Assembly (NCBI GenBank): GCA_965205265.1 | Contig: CBDBGH010000003.1 | Span: 416,001 to 480,000 of the forward strand | Origin: Alphaproteobacteria bacterium | GTDB lineage: Bacteria > Pseudomonadota > Alphaproteobacteria > Bin95 | Reading direction: 5' to 3' | Length of the DNA stretch: 64,000 nt | Shown here: positions 45,488 through 57,298 of the stretch, one piece after another | Layout of the letters: each line of letters begins with the position of its first letter | Position numbering within the stretch: position 1 is the first letter of the stretch | Program-made: the position numbers and the translations under genes | Notes under the pieces: model-generated | The model's database searches: none | Seen by the model: the letters and a program-made list of their open reading frames with translations, nothing else | Told to the model about the DNA's origin: nothing

Positions 45488-47464
45488 ATGTCCGCCCGAT
45501 CCGACCTCGCCTCGATGGCGAACGCTTTGCGCGCGCTTGCGATGGACGCCGTCGAGCAAGCGAACTCCGGCCATCCGGGCATGCCGATGGGCATGGCGGA
45601 CGTGGCGACCGTGCTGTTCACGCGCTATCTGCGCTACGACGCCGGCGCGCCCGACTGGCCGGACCGGGACCGGTTCGTGCTCTCTGCCGGCCACGGTTCG
45701 ATGCTGCTTTACGGCCTGCTGCACCTGGCCGGCTATCCCGGCATGGAGATGGGCGAGATCGAGCGCTTCCGCCAGCTCGGCAGCGCTACGCCCGGCCATC
45801 CGGAATACGGTCACAGCCCCGGTGTCGAGACCACGACCGGCCCGCTCGGCCAGGGCATCGCCACGGCAGTCGGCATGGGCATCGCCGAGCGTGCGATGAA
45901 CGCCGCCTTCGGCGACGGTCTGGTGGACCACCGCTGCTGGGTGATCGCGAGCGACGGCGACATGATGGAGGGCGTGTCGCACGAGGCCGCGGCGCTTGCG
46001 GGCCATCTCGGGCTCGGCCGGCTGATCGTGCTCTATGACGACAACGGCATCTCCATCGACGGGCCGACCGCGCTCGCCATGTCGGACGACCCGGCCGGGC
46101 GCTTCGAGGCCTGCGGCTGGCACACCGCCGCCTGCGACGGGCACGACCCGGACGACATCGCCCGCGCCATCGACGCCGCACTCGCCGACCCGCGCCCCTC
46201 CCTCGTCTCCTGCCGCACGACCATTGCCAGGGGCGCGCCGACCAAGGCCGGAACGGCCGCCTCGCACGGCGCGCCGCTCGGCGCGGACGAGGTGGCGGCG
46301 GCGCGCGAGGCGCTCGGCTGGCGCCATGCCCCCTTCGTCATCCCGGACGACATCACCGCCGCCTGGCGCGAAGCGGGCGCGAAGGGCAGCGCGGCGCGGG
46401 AAGCCTGGCAGGCGCGGCTGGAAGCGAGCGCGGACCGGGCGGAGTTCGAGCGGCGCATGAGCGGTGCGCTGCCCGCCGGCTTCGGGGCCGCCATGGCGGA
46501 GTACAAGGCGGGCCTGCTGGCGGACCCGCCGAAGCTGGCCACCCGGCAGGCGTCGCAGCGCGCGCTCGGCGCGGTGAACGCCGCACTCCCGGAGACGATC
46601 GGCGGCTCGGCCGACCTCACCGGCTCCAACGGCACGCTGACGCCCGGCCTCGAGCCCTGGAACGCGGAGAATTACGGCGGCCGCTACCTGCATTACGGCG
46701 TGCGCGAGCATGGTATGGCGGCGGCGATGAACGGCATGGCGCTGCATGGCGGCGTCATCCCCTACGGCGCCACCTTCCTGACCTTCACCGACTATTGCCG
46801 GCCCTCCATCCGCCTCGCGGCGCTGATGGGCGTGCGTTCGATCTTCGTCATGACGCACGATTCCATCGGCCTCGGCGAGGACGGGCCGACGCACCAGCCC
46901 ATTGAGCATCTGGCGAGCCTGCGCGCCATGCCGGGCCTCCTCACCATGCGCCCGGCGGACGCGATGGAAACGGCCGAATGCTGGGAGGTGGCGCTCTCGC
47001 TGAAGGGCCCGTCCGTGCTCGCGCTGACGCGTCAGGGCGTGCCGGCGGTGCGCACCGAGGCGGCGGCGGAGAACCTGTCGGCGCGCGGGGCCTATGTGCT
47101 CGCCGATTGCGAGGGCGCGCCGGCGGCGGTGCTGATCGCCACGGGCTCCGAGGTCGGCATCGCGATGGAGGCGAAGGCGGCGCTCGACGAGTCCGGCGCG
47201 CCGACGCGCGTGGTCTCCATGCCGTGCATGGAGCTGTTCGAGCGGCAGGACGCCGCATATCGGTCGAGCGTGCTGCCGGAGGGGCCGGTGCGGGTCGCGG
47301 TCGAGGCGGCTGCGTCCTTCGGCTGGGAACGCCATGTGGGTCCGGGCGGCGCGGTGGTCGGCATGGACGGCTTCGGCGCCTCGGCCCCGGCCCCGGCGCT
47401 TTACGAGCATTTCGGCATCACGGCCGCGCGGGTGGTCGAGGAAGTGCGCGCCCGGCTCGGCTGA
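45488..47464 (+). CDS. tkt: Transketolase
   Basis: [29 protein letters not shown]. Confidence 0.98.
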   Translation: MSARSDLASMANALRALAMDAVEQANSGHPGMPMGMADVATVLFTRYLRYDAGAPDWPDRDRFVLSAGHGSMLLYGLLHLAGYPGMEMGEIERFRQLGSATPGHPEYGHSPGVETTTGPLGQGIATAVGMGIAERAMNAAFGDGLVDHRCWVIASDGDMMEGVSHEAAALAGHLGLGRLIVLYDDNGISIDGPTALAMSDDPAGRFEACGWHTAACDGHDPDDIARAIDAALADPRPSLVSCRTTIARGAPTKAGTAASHGAPLGADEVAAAREALGWRHAPFVIPDDITAAWREAGAKGSAAREAWQARLEASADRAEFERRMSGALPAGFGAAMAEYKAGLLADPPKLATRQASQRALGAVNAALPETIGGSADLTGSNGTLTPGLEPWNAENYGGRYLHYGVREHGMAAAMNGMALHGGVIPYGATFLTFTDYCRPSIRLAALMGVRSIFVMTHDSIGLGEDGPTHQPIEHLASLRAMPGLLTMRPADAMETAECWEVALSLKGPSVLALTRQGVPAVRTEAAAENLSARGAYVLADCEGAPAAVLIATGSEVGIAMEAKAALDESGAPTRVVSMPCMELFERQDAAYRSSVLPEGPVRVAVEAAASFGWERHVGPGGAVVGMDGFGASAPAPALYEHFGITAARVVEEVRARLG

Positions 47465-47502
47465 GTTCCGGGAGCGCGGAACGGGCAAGGGAGACAGGCG
47501 GC

Positions 47503-48507
47503 ATGACAGCCAGGGTCGCAATCAACGGTTTCGGGCGCATCGGCCGGCTGGCGCTGCGCGCGGCGCTGGAATCGGGGCGCAACGATCTGGAGTTCGTCGC
47601 GGTCAACGATCTGGGCTCGGTCGAGGCGAATGCGCATCTGCTCAAATACGATTCGACCCACGGCACCCTGCCGTTCGAGGTCGAGGCGTCGGGCAGCAGC
47701 ATCGAGGTCGCCGGGCGGTCCATCGAGGTGATGGCCGAGCGCAATCCGGCGGACCTGCCCTGGGGACGGCTCGGCATCGACATCGTGCTCGAATGCACCG
47801 GCATTTTTGCGAGCAAGGCCAAGGCCGCCGCCCATCTGGAGGCCGGCGCGCGCAAGGTGCTGGTCTCGGCCCCGGCCGACAATGCGGACCTCACGGTCGT
47901 CTATGGCGTCAACCATGAGGGGCTGGAGGCCGGCCACACCGTCGTCTCCAACGCCTCCTGCACGACCAATTGCCTCGCTCCGGTGGCGCAGGTGCTGCAC
48001 CGCGCGGTCGGCATCGAACGCGGCTTCATGACGACGATCCACGCCTTCACCGGCGACCAGGCGATCCTCGATACGCTGCACGGCGACCTGCGCCGGGCGC
48101 GCGCGGCCGGCCAGTCGATGATCCCGACCTCGACGGGTGCGGCCCGCGCCGTCGGGCTGGTGCTGCCGGAGCTCGCCGGCAAGCTGGACGGCACCTCGGT
48201 GCGCGTGCCGACCGCAAATGTCTCGCTGATCGACTTCAAGTTCTCCGCCGGCCGCGCCACGACCGAGGACGAGGTGAACGGGGCCATCGCGGAGGCGGCC
48301 GGCGGGCGGCTCAAGGGCATTCTCGGCGTCAACGAGGCCCCGCTGGTCTCCGCCGACTTCAACCACGACCCGCACAGCGCGGTGTTCGACGCGACCCAGA
48401 CCAAGGTGATCGACGGCAGCTTCGTGCGCGTCATGGCCTGGTACGACAATGAATGGGGCTTCTCCAACCGCATGTCAGATACCGCTGCGGCGCTGGCCGC
48501 GGCCTGA
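47503..48507 (+). CDS. gap: Glyceraldehyde-3-phosphate dehydrogenase
   Basis: [25 protein letters not shown]. Confidence 0.98.
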   Translation: MTARVAINGFGRIGRLALRAALESGRNDLEFVAVNDLGSVEANAHLLKYDSTHGTLPFEVEASGSSIEVAGRSIEVMAERNPADLPWGRLGIDIVLECTGIFASKAKAAAHLEAGARKVLVSAPADNADLTVVYGVNHEGLEAGHTVVSNASCTTNCLAPVAQVLHRAVGIERGFMTTIHAFTGDQAILDTLHGDLRRARAAGQSMIPTSTGAARAVGLVLPELAGKLDGTSVRVPTANVSLIDFKFSAGRATTEDEVNGAIAEAAGGRLKGILGVNEAPLVSADFNHDPHSAVFDATQTKVIDGSFVRVMAWYDNEWGFSNRMSDTAAALAAA

Positions 48508-48578
48508 CCCCGCGCCGCCCCTCCGGGAATCCGTGTATAAAGGGGCTGGCGGGACAGAAGATGCCCGGGAGCGGCAAT

Positions 48579-48872
48579 ATGGCGACAAGGGCGGAAGTGC
48601 AGGCTGCTCTGGAGAAAGCCGGCGTCGATCGGGACGCGGCGCGGACGCTTGCGGGGCAATTGCCGTCCGCCGCCATGCCGGGCTGGCTCAGCGGCCTCAT
48701 CCCGGTGTTCGCTGCGGCCCTGCTCGGCTTGCTGGGCTGGGGCGTGTTGGCGATTTCCGATCTGCGCGAGGATGTCGCCCGCCTGGATGAGAAAGTCGCC
48801 GGCCTGGGTGAGAAAATTGAACGGGTCGATGAGAAGATCGACCTTGTTATCGAGCGTCTGCCGCACCGGTAG
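48579..48872 (+). CDS. Small single-TM coiled-coil hypothetical protein
   Basis: TM segment then heptad repeats (VARLDEKVAGLGEKIERVDEKI). Confidence 0.6.
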   Translation: MATRAEVQAALEKAGVDRDAARTLAGQLPSAAMPGWLSGLIPVFAAALLGLLGWGVLAISDLREDVARLDEKVAGLGEKIERVDEKIDLVIERLPHR

Positions 48873-49070
48873 GACCGGCCGGCTAAAGCCGCGCTCGGCA
48901 TTATCGGCCTGGCCGTCGCAATCCTGAAATTCGCCTGACAGGCCGCCGGCCGTGGCATGACCGTGGAATTCGGAATTTATTGGCGCGAGCGCTTCCACGT
49001 GGGCTTCCGCGTGGCCTTGTCGTACTGTCCTGCCCTCTTCCCCGGAGGCGACTCAATGTGGCCTTGATAT

Positions 49071-49090
49071 GGTAAGGAATACTCCTTACC
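49071..49090. promoter_or_regulatory. Palindromic operator of prlF-yhaV
   Basis: GGTAAGGA-N4-TCCTTACC. Confidence 0.65.
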
Positions 49091-49120
49091 TTCGCGCATG
49101 GCACGCAGGGAGCGTCGATC

Positions 49121-49441
49121 ATGCCGATCATCCACGAAGTCGCCACGATGACCGCCAAGGGCCAGATCACCCTGCCGAGGACGATCCGCCGGGCGCTGGG
49201 GGTGGATGTCGGCGCCAGGGTGGCGTTCGAACTTCACGAGAACGGACGGGTCGTCGTCAGCCGCGCCGATGCCGGGCATGAAGACCCTGCCATCGCGGCG
49301 TTCCTGGACCTGCTCGCCGGCGATATCCGGGCCGGCCGGCACGTTGGGGCCATGCCCGACGATCTGGCCAGGAGCATGCTCGACCATGCCGGGCGTGAAT
49401 CGCAAGCAGGCGAGGACATCGACGGCGACGTCGATCTCTGA
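49121..49441 (+). CDS. prlF: PrlF-family antitoxin
   Basis: TMTAKGQITLP, HEDPAIAAFLDLLAGDI. Confidence 0.88.
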   Translation: MPIIHEVATMTAKGQITLPRTIRRALGVDVGARVAFELHENGRVVVSRADAGHEDPAIAAFLDLLAGDIRAGRHVGAMPDDLARSMLDHAGRESQAGEDIDGDVDL

Positions 49442-49899
49442 TGCAGCGCCACGAATGGACGCTGCTGTTCCACGATTGCCTCATCGACCAGCTGCGCAAG
49501 CTCCACGAGGCAGCGCAACGCGCGCAAAGAAACGATCCGGCCGGGTTCGCATCCAATGCCAACGTCAAGCTGTTCCAGGCATTGAGCCGGCTGATGCTGG
49601 AGGTCGTCCCTCAGGACCCGTCCCGGGACGAATACCGCCAGGGCGCCGCGCTCGGCCCGGACCGCCGCCACTGGAGGCGCGCCAGGATCGGCAGGCGGTT
49701 CCGCTTGTTCTTCCGCTACGACGCCAGGGCGAGGGTGATCGTCTATGCGTGGGTGAATGACCGGCGCACGCTCCGCTCCTCGGGGAGCCGGACCGATCCG
49801 TACCGGGTGTTCGCCGGGATGCTCGCGCGGGGGAATCCGCCCGACGACTGGGCCTCGCTGATGGCGGCCTCAAGGCGGGATTGGGAGGGGCAGGACTGA
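49441..49899 (+). CDS. yhaV: YhaV-family toxin
   Basis: YRQG..LG..WRRA..RFRLFFRY..YAWVND..TLR..D.Y motif. Confidence 0.9.
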   Translation: MQRHEWTLLFHDCLIDQLRKLHEAAQRAQRNDPAGFASNANVKLFQALSRLMLEVVPQDPSRDEYRQGAALGPDRRHWRRARIGRRFRLFFRYDARARVIVYAWVNDRRTLRSSGSRTDPYRVFAGMLARGNPPDDWASLMAASRRDWEGQD

Positions 49900-49994
49900 C
49901 CGTTCCCGGTTGAACGCCATCTGCCCATGCCCATGCGGAGGCGCCCGCGCGACTGACTTCCGAACGGCTCTCACCGCGACCGGGGAGGACGCAA

Positions 49995-50759
49995 TCATCG
50001 CGAAGATGTCTCTTCCGCCAGCCGATGGGCTGTCAGGAAGGTATCGATATGGCGAAGCGCCAGCGAGATTGTCTCCGGCGACTTTCTCCATGGAAAGAGG
50101 CTTACCTGGGCGTTCGGGGCGAGGCGCGCGGTCTCCATGGCCATGGCGTAGGGGTGCGGCGGAATGTCGTCGGGCAGGATCAGGACCGGTGTCTCGCACC
50201 CGCGCACGAATTCGCGGGTCGCGGTGAAGACGAAGTCGGCGGTGTCGGGGTACATGTTCGTCAGGAAGGCGTCGACCATCTCCATGGTGAGATCGGGCCG
50301 GCGTTCGCAGAGTTGGGGGCCCCAGGACTCGGAATTCATCCGATGAAAGAAGCCGGGTGCATCCGGATTGAAGCCGCTCGGGTGAACCAGCACGGCTGCG
50401 ACGATACGGTCCGGTATCTTGCTGAGGAGATTCCAGATGAAGGGGCCGCCGATGCAAAAGCCCAGCACCATGAACCGGTCGATCCCGAGGTGATCCATCA
50501 GGCCGATCTGGTCGTCGGCATGCGCATCCCACGGTCGTTCAATCTCAAGCGGCCCCGACGACTCCCCGCCATTGCTGTTGCGGAGGTCGATTGCGATGCA
50601 GCGATGGGCGTCCCGGAACTCCTCCATCGGGTTGAAATCGTGATTGGCGAGGCCGGCGATGGACGCATTCAGGCCACCGCCCGGAATGACCAGCAACGGA
50701 CAGCCCGACCCGGCCTCTTCATAGTGGATGCGGGTTTGGCCTTTCTCATAGAACGGCAT
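49995..50759 (-). CDS. Alpha/beta hydrolase
   Basis: IHYEEAGSG, GFCIGG nucleophile elbow (Cys). Confidence 0.85.
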   Translation of the reverse strand: MPFYEKGQTRIHYEEAGSGCPLLVIPGGGLNASIAGLANHDFNPMEEFRDAHRCIAIDLRNSNGGESSGPLEIERPWDAHADDQIGLMDHLGIDRFMVLGFCIGGPFIWNLLSKIPDRIVAAVLVHPSGFNPDAPGFFHRMNSESWGPQLCERRPDLTMEMVDAFLTNMYPDTADFVFTATREFVRGCETPVLILPDDIPPHPYAMAMETARLAPNAQVSLFPWRKSPETISLALRHIDTFLTAHRLAEETSSR

Positions 50760-50886
50760 GGCGCGTTTCCCCTGCTGTCACTCGCCGTCTTTCACACCTC
50801 CAGCATGGCCCGGCCCCGGATCGGGATTCTGGGCGATGATAAAGGTTGCCCGGGTCGGCTAATCGGGAGCTGACTCCCCGCCGGCG

Positions 50887-51786
50887 TCAGGCCGCCCGCG
50901 GCCTCTCCCCCTGTATCTGCGTCCGGTGCAGCCGGCGGCGGGTTGCGGCGTCGAAGGGGTCGCGGCGGTGCATGGTGCAGCGGTTGTCCCAGAGCACCAC
51001 GTCGCCCACCTGCCAGCGGTGGCGATAAGTGAATTGCTCCTGCTCGACATGGCTCCACAGCTCGTCCAGCAGCGCCTCCGAATCCGAAACCTTCATGCCC
51101 TCGACATAGGAGTTGAGCCGCCGGCCCAGATAGAGCACCGGGCGCCCGCTCTCCGGATGCACCGGCACGGCCGGGTGGCTGGCGCCGGGCGCCTGGCTCA
51201 CATCCGCCACCTCGTCGAAGCCCGCGCGCAGATAGCCGCCGGAATTGACGCTCGAATCGTGGCGGACGCTGGCGGATTCGAGCCGGCGCCGCATCCCCGC
51301 CGGAAGCGCTTCCAGCGCGGCATACATGTTGAGGAAGCAGGTGTCGCCGCCCTCCGGCGGGATTTCCAGCGCGTAGAGGGCGCTGGCCTTGGGCGGGCGC
51401 TCCTCATAGCTCATGTCGGTGTGCCAGGACGCCTCGCCCGCGCCGAGCGAGCCGATGGGCTTGCCGTCCCTGACGATGTTGGAAATCACATAGAGCTCCG
51501 GCACGCCCTCCACCATGGTCTGGCCGTTCTCCATGATCGGCGCATGGTCGAGCTTGCCGAAGCGCGAAGAGAAGGCGACGAACTCTGCGTCCGTCAGCGT
51601 CTGCCCGCGAAACACCACCACCCCATGCTCGATCCAGGCGGCATGGATGGCGGCGAAGGTCTCGTCGTCGAGCGGCTTGGACAGGTCCACGCCCTCGATC
51701 ACGGCGCCCAGCGCGGCCCCTGTCGGCGCCGCCCTTACGATCTGCTCGACACCTTCCGGCATGGCTTCGGCCTCCTCGTTCGCCAA
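50887..51786 (-). CDS. TauD/TfdA family 2-oxoglutarate dioxygenase
   Basis: WHTDMSY and WDNRCTMHRR motifs. Confidence 0.92.
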   Translation of the reverse strand: MANEEAEAMPEGVEQIVRAAPTGAALGAVIEGVDLSKPLDDETFAAIHAAWIEHGVVVFRGQTLTDAEFVAFSSRFGKLDHAPIMENGQTMVEGVPELYVISNIVRDGKPIGSLGAGEASWHTDMSYEERPPKASALYALEIPPEGGDTCFLNMYAALEALPAGMRRRLESASVRHDSSVNSGGYLRAGFDEVADVSQAPGASHPAVPVHPESGRPVLYLGRRLNSYVEGMKVSDSEALLDELWSHVEQEQFTYRHRWQVGDVVLWDNRCTMHRRDPFDAATRRRLHRTQIQGERPRAA

Positions 51787-51884
51787 CCGCCCGCAATGTC
51801 GGGCAAGCGGCGCTCAGGGTCAATGCATTCGTCCTGTCGCCTCGCCAAGGGCGGTAGCGCGCCTGTTTCCCACTCTTTGGGATA

Positions 51885-52450
51885 GGGAGTCAAGTGTTTG
51901 TTCGTAATATCAGAAATATTTCTTAAATAAGCTTGATTTTGCTGCGTCCACACCGATATTGAGCGGGAGGAATGGAGCGGCCTTCGCGCGGGGCCGCTTC
52001 ACTGCGCTCAAGGCGCCGCCGCGAAAAGCTCCGGGGCAGCCGACAGGAGAGGTGCGCGCTGCGTCTGCCTCGTGCGCGCCGGCGCGCCCGGGCAATCAGG
52101 CGCGCGATTCGCGCCGCCGCGAAACGCGCAGGGGCGCGCAGGCGCGGGCGCGCAGGATACGCGCGAATTAGGGTTCCGCCGCTCGGAGAAAGGCGGCGGT
52201 GGGACGGAGGGAACGAAGTGGAACAAAACGGGATAAGAGAACGACATTCAGGATGCGGAGGGACAGAGTTTCGGCGGAACGGTTCCGATGCTCGAATTCT
52301 CCTCTTCCGCCTGCGGAAGCGGCGGGCGCAGCCCAACAGGCGCCCGTCACACCGGGAGAAGAAGACAAACAGCGGTCCCATACCGGAAAGGGCCACAGGG
52401 TATGAGCATCGCGCATGCGGATCATGACATCGCATGACATACCATGACGC
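51885..52450 (+). repeat. Non-coding dispersed element, copy 1
   Basis: Colinear conserved blocks shared (inverted) with 62195-62860. Confidence 0.7.
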
Positions 52451-52515
52451 CTGCCAGGGGATTAGGAGGCGCCGCATTGCCCGCCGGGTTCCGTGCGGCT
52501 ATGTGGGCCGGCATC

Positions 52516-53094
52516 ATGCTGCGCCGCCTCTATGACGGAACCATGCGCCTTGCCGGGCACCCCCGCGCCGTGTGGATGCTGGCGGCCGTCGCCTTCGCGG
52601 AGAGCCTCTTCTTTCCCGTGCCGGTCGAGGTGCTGCTGCTGCCGATGGTGCTGGCGGCGCCGGCGCGGGCCTGGCGCTACGCGGCCGTCGCCACGGCCGC
52701 CTCCGTCGCGGGCGGCCTGGCGGGCTACGGGACGGGCGCCTTCCTGTTCGAGACCGTCGGCGAGCCGCTGCTCCGCTTCTACGGCCATGGCGAGGCGTTC
52801 GCCGAGGCGCAGGCGCTCTACAACGCGCATGGCGGGCTCATCGTCTTCACCGCCGCCTTCTCTCCCATCCCCTACAAGGTGTTCACCATCGCGAGCGGCG
52901 TCGCCGGCACCGACCTCGCCACCTTTGTCCTAGCCTCGGCGGCCGGCAGGGGACTGCGCTTCTTCATCGTCGCCGCGCTGCTCTGGCGCTTCGGCGCGCC
53001 GATCCGCGCCGTTGTCGAACGCCGGCTCGCGCCATTGACCCTCGCCTTCGCCGTCCTGCTCGTGGCAGGCTTCCTGGTGTTGAGGGTGCTGTGA
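52516..53094 (+). CDS. YqaA/DedA family membrane protein
   Basis: FAESLFFPVP and SPIPYKVFTI motifs. Confidence 0.9.
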   Translation: MLRRLYDGTMRLAGHPRAVWMLAAVAFAESLFFPVPVEVLLLPMVLAAPARAWRYAAVATAASVAGGLAGYGTGAFLFETVGEPLLRFYGHGEAFAEAQALYNAHGGLIVFTAAFSPIPYKVFTIASGVAGTDLATFVLASAAGRGLRFFIVAALLWRFGAPIRAVVERRLAPLTLAFAVLLVAGFLVLRVL

Positions 53095-53585
53095 TGCGGT
53101 TCCTGCTCCATCCCGCGGCCATTGCGGCCGGCAGCCTGGCGGCGCTCGCCGCGGCCTTCGCCTTCCAGCATCTGGGCGGGCTGGAGCCGTGCCCGCTCTG
53201 CATCTGGCAGCGCTGGCCGCATGTCGCGACCGCCCTGCTCGCTGCCGTCGCTCTCGGCTTCCGGGGCCCGGCGGCGGCGTTCGCTATGGGGCTGGCGGGG
53301 GCGGCCGCGCTTGCAGGGGCGGGCCTTGCGGGCTTTCATGCCGGCGTCGAACAGCACTGGTGGGCGGGCCTCGCCGCCTGCGAGGGCGGCCCGCCGGCGG
53401 CGACGGTCGCGGAATTGCGCGAGCGCCTGCTGAATGCCGCGCCCGCGCGCTGCGACGAGGCGGCATGGTCGTTCCTCGGCCTCTCCATGGCGGCCTGGAA
53501 CGGGCTGCTTTCGCTGGCGCTGGCGGGCCTGGCGGCCGGCGCGGCGGGACGCACGATCCGGGCCGGCAGGAGCGAAGCGGCATGA
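53094..53585 (+). CDS. dsbB: DsbB-family disulfide bond formation protein
   Basis: PCPLCIWQR, HAGVE, second Cys pair. Confidence 0.88.
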   Translation: MRFLLHPAAIAAGSLAALAAAFAFQHLGGLEPCPLCIWQRWPHVATALLAAVALGFRGPAAAFAMGLAGAAALAGAGLAGFHAGVEQHWWAGLAACEGGPPAATVAELRERLLNAAPARCDEAAWSFLGLSMAAWNGLLSLALAGLAAGAAGRTIRAGRSEAA

Positions 53586-54118
53586 AGCGCCTTCCCGGAG
53601 ACCCGACGCGGAAAGCGCGCATCGAGGCGATGGTGCGCGTCAACCATGCGGGCGAATACGGCGCGCAGCGCATCTATGAGGGCCAGCTTGCCGTGCTCGG
53701 GCGCGGGCCCGCGGGGCCGGCGCTCCGACACATGGCGCGGCAGGAGGCGCGGCATCTCGCCTATTTCGAGGGCGAACTCGCCGCCCGGCGGGTGCGCCCG
53801 ACCGCGCTCCAGCCGCTCTGGCATCTCGCCGGCTTCGCGCTCGGCGCCGCCACCGCCGCACTCGGCGAGCGGGCGGCCATGGCCTGCACGGTCGCCGTCG
53901 AGGAGGCCATAGACGAGCATTATGCGGGCCAGCTCGAAGCGCTGGAGGGCGAGGAGCCGGAGCTGGCGGCGGCCATCGAAGAGTTCCGGGCCGAGGAGCT
54001 GGAGCACCGCGACACGGCGCTGGCCGCCGGGGCGGAACGGGCCCCCGCCTACGGCCTGCTCTACCGGGCGGTGAATTCCGCCTCGAAACTCGCAATTGCG
54101 CTCTCGACACGGATATGA
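53582..54118 (+). CDS. coq7: Demethoxyubiquinone hydroxylase (Coq7)
   Basis: RVNHAGEYGA, MACTVAVEE.I..HY, EELEH di-iron motifs. Confidence 0.92.
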   Translation: MKRLPGDPTRKARIEAMVRVNHAGEYGAQRIYEGQLAVLGRGPAGPALRHMARQEARHLAYFEGELAARRVRPTALQPLWHLAGFALGAATAALGERAAMACTVAVEEAIDEHYAGQLEALEGEEPELAAAIEEFRAEELEHRDTALAAGAERAPAYGLLYRAVNSASKLAIALSTRI

Positions 54119-54222
54119 GGCCAAGTCCTTCCAAGCATCGGCTTCTCGTGCCGAGTGTCCTCCCTGTTGCAGATTTTCACGAGTATTGATATTGTATCGA
54201 AAATCACAGAAAACTGACCGCC

Positions 54223-54912
54223 ATGGCCGATTCGGCGAAATCGCCGCCCGCGCTGGAATTGACATCGGAGGATGTCGAACGGCTGCCGGCCGGCCTGCGC
54301 GGCAGGCTCGGATCGATGGAAGGCGGCCGGGGCGGGGATTCGCTCAAGCGCTGGGTCGTGATCGGCGCGCGGTCGGACCGGCAGGCAGCCCTTATTCGCC
54401 GTGCGGCGACAACCGCCGGGCGCATCGCCGAACACCGCCGTCGGGAAATGACCGAGCGCAATATCGAAACCCTGGTCGATCTCTTCCTCGCAGACGAGGA
54501 GCGCGCCGAAACCGACCGGGAGATAGAGCAGGACAATGCCGAGTTGCGTGCGCGTTATATGCGGGAGGTCCCGACCTGGACGGCTGCCCATATCCGCGCG
54601 CTCCTGCCCGGACCCAGGCCGGGCAACCCGAGCGAACCGGCGTCGCGGTGGAAGCGGGAGAAGCGCATTTTTGCCGTCCGCGGCGGCCGCACCCTGCTTT
54701 ACCCCTGTTTCCAATTTGCCGATGGACTGCCTCTGCCGGTCATCGGCAAGGTGCTGAAGCGCCTGCCGGACGACATGACGCCCTGGCAGACTGCCTTCTG
54801 GTTCCGGTCGGGCAATGGCTGGCTCGATGGACGGGCGCCGCAGGAGGCGCTGGGCGACGAAGACCGCCTGCTGGAGGCTGCCGAACGGATGCGCGAGCCG
54901 GCCGCAGGCTGA
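54223..54912 (+). CDS. Putative antitoxin (Xre/MbcA-like C-terminus)
   Basis: YPCFQF and W..AFWF...NGWLDG..P motifs; upstream of RES toxin. Confidence 0.72.
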   Translation: MADSAKSPPALELTSEDVERLPAGLRGRLGSMEGGRGGDSLKRWVVIGARSDRQAALIRRAATTAGRIAEHRRREMTERNIETLVDLFLADEERAETDREIEQDNAELRARYMREVPTWTAAHIRALLPGPRPGNPSEPASRWKREKRIFAVRGGRTLLYPCFQFADGLPLPVIGKVLKRLPDDMTPWQTAFWFRSGNGWLDGRAPQEALGDEDRLLEAAERMREPAAG

Positions 54913-54915
54913 TCC

Positions 54916-55551
54916 ATGTCGATCCCGGATCCGCCGTCGCCGCTGACGGCGCCGCAATATGCCGTCTTGCCTCCGGGGGCGATCCTGCACCGCGTCCATC
55001 TGTCGGCCTATCGGGCTGCGGAGTTCAACCCGGGCCTTGGCGGGCCGACGCGCTTCGCTCCCATCCGGGACAGAGCCGGGAATCCCGTTCCGTCCCTGTA
55101 TGCGAGCGCCACGGTCCGCTCGGCAATCCACGAGACGATCTTCCACGACATTCCGGCGAATGCAGCCTTCAAGACCGTTCGGCTGGACGATGTGCGCAGG
55201 CGCACGCATTCCCTGCTGGCCGTCAGGCGCGTCCTGCGGCTTGTCGAGCTGCGCAATCCGACTCTGGGCAAATGGGGCATCTCGCGGGAGGAGCTGATTT
55301 CCTCGGGGCCGGTGCTCTATGCCTCGACCGCCGCCTGGGCTCAGGCGGTTCATCGGGATATCGCGGATGCCGACGGACTCGTCTGGACTTCCAGTCAGTG
55401 CGACCCCGACGACGCCTATCTCTTCTTCGGCGACCGGATCGCGGAAGCCGAATTCGCCACGGTCCGGTCGCGCGACGGGATGAGCGACAAGTCATTCCTG
55501 AGAGATGTCCGCGACGAGGGCCGGGTTCGAGGCATCGTCCTGACGATCTGA
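54916..55551 (+). CDS. RES-domain toxin (NAD+ phosphorylase family)
   Basis: RF.P..LYAS...[21 protein letters not shown]. Confidence 0.85.
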   Translation: MSIPDPPSPLTAPQYAVLPPGAILHRVHLSAYRAAEFNPGLGGPTRFAPIRDRAGNPVPSLYASATVRSAIHETIFHDIPANAAFKTVRLDDVRRRTHSLLAVRRVLRLVELRNPTLGKWGISREELISSGPVLYASTAAWAQAVHRDIADADGLVWTSSQCDPDDAYLFFGDRIAEAEFATVRSRDGMSDKSFLRDVRDEGRVRGIVLTI

Positions 55552-55648
55552 ACCGGCCGATTGCCTGCGTTCGAGCGGGCCGCCATTTACAGCGCCGGGG
55601 CGCGCTGATAGGTTCCGCGCCGTCCGGGGGAGAGGGGCGGCGGGTGGA

Positions 55649-56581
<933 letters not shown>

Positions 56582-56614
56582 GCCGGCCGGCGGAAGGAAG
56601 AAGAACGGAAGACC

Positions 56615-57271
56615 ATGAGCGAAAACGCCACTCTCGCCGCACTGCCGCGGCAGGACGCGGGCACCGGGCCGGCGCGGGCGCTGCGCCGCGAGGGCCGGGT
56701 GCCGGCCATCGTCTATGGCGGCAGCAAGGAGCCCGAGAAGGTGTCCGTCGAGGACCGCCGGCTGCGCTGGCTGATGGGCCGCGGCGGCTTCACCGCGACA
56801 CTGCTCGACCTGGAGATCGAAGGTTCCGGCCGCGAGCGCGTCATCCCGAAGGAGGTCCAGCGCCATCCCGTCACCGACCGCCCCTTGCATGTCGATTTCA
56901 TGCGCGTGTCGGCGGCCTCGGAGCTGACTGTGCGCGTGGCCGTCGCCCTGCTGGGCCAGGAAGACTGCGCCGGCTTGCGCGCGGGCGGCACGCTCGCCGT
57001 CGCGCAATACGAGGTCGAGGTCGTCTGCCGCGCGGACAGCATTCCGGAGGCGCTCGAAGTGGATATCGCCGCGCTGGAGATCGGCAGCGGCATCCGGCTT
57101 TCGGAAATCGTGTTGCCGGAAGGCGTGCGTCCGGCGGGCGATGACGACCCGCTGATCGTCTCGGTTTCGGCGCCTGCCGGCGGCCTGGACGACGAGGAAG
57201 AGGTCGGGGAAGGCGAGGAAGAAGGCCAGGAGGGCGAAGAGGAAGGCGGCGGGGAGCCTGCCGCCGACTGA
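56615..57271 (+). CDS. rplY: 50S ribosomal protein L25/Ctc
   Basis: RREGRVPAIVYG, QRHPV..HVDF. Confidence 0.95.
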   Translation: MSENATLAALPRQDAGTGPARALRREGRVPAIVYGGSKEPEKVSVEDRRLRWLMGRGGFTATLLDLEIEGSGRERVIPKEVQRHPVTDRPLHVDFMRVSAASELTVRVAVALLGQEDCAGLRAGGTLAVAQYEVEVVCRADSIPEALEVDIAALEIGSGIRLSEIVLPEGVRPAGDDDPLIVSVSAPAGGLDDEEEVGEGEEEGQEGEEEGGGEPAAD

Positions 57272-57298
57272 TCGCCCGGGCAGGGGAGGCCGGCTGCC

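Noticed and set aside
52211-52225. LexA-box-like GAAC repeat
   Set aside because: Spacing is N6, not the alphaproteobacterial GAAC-N7-GAAC
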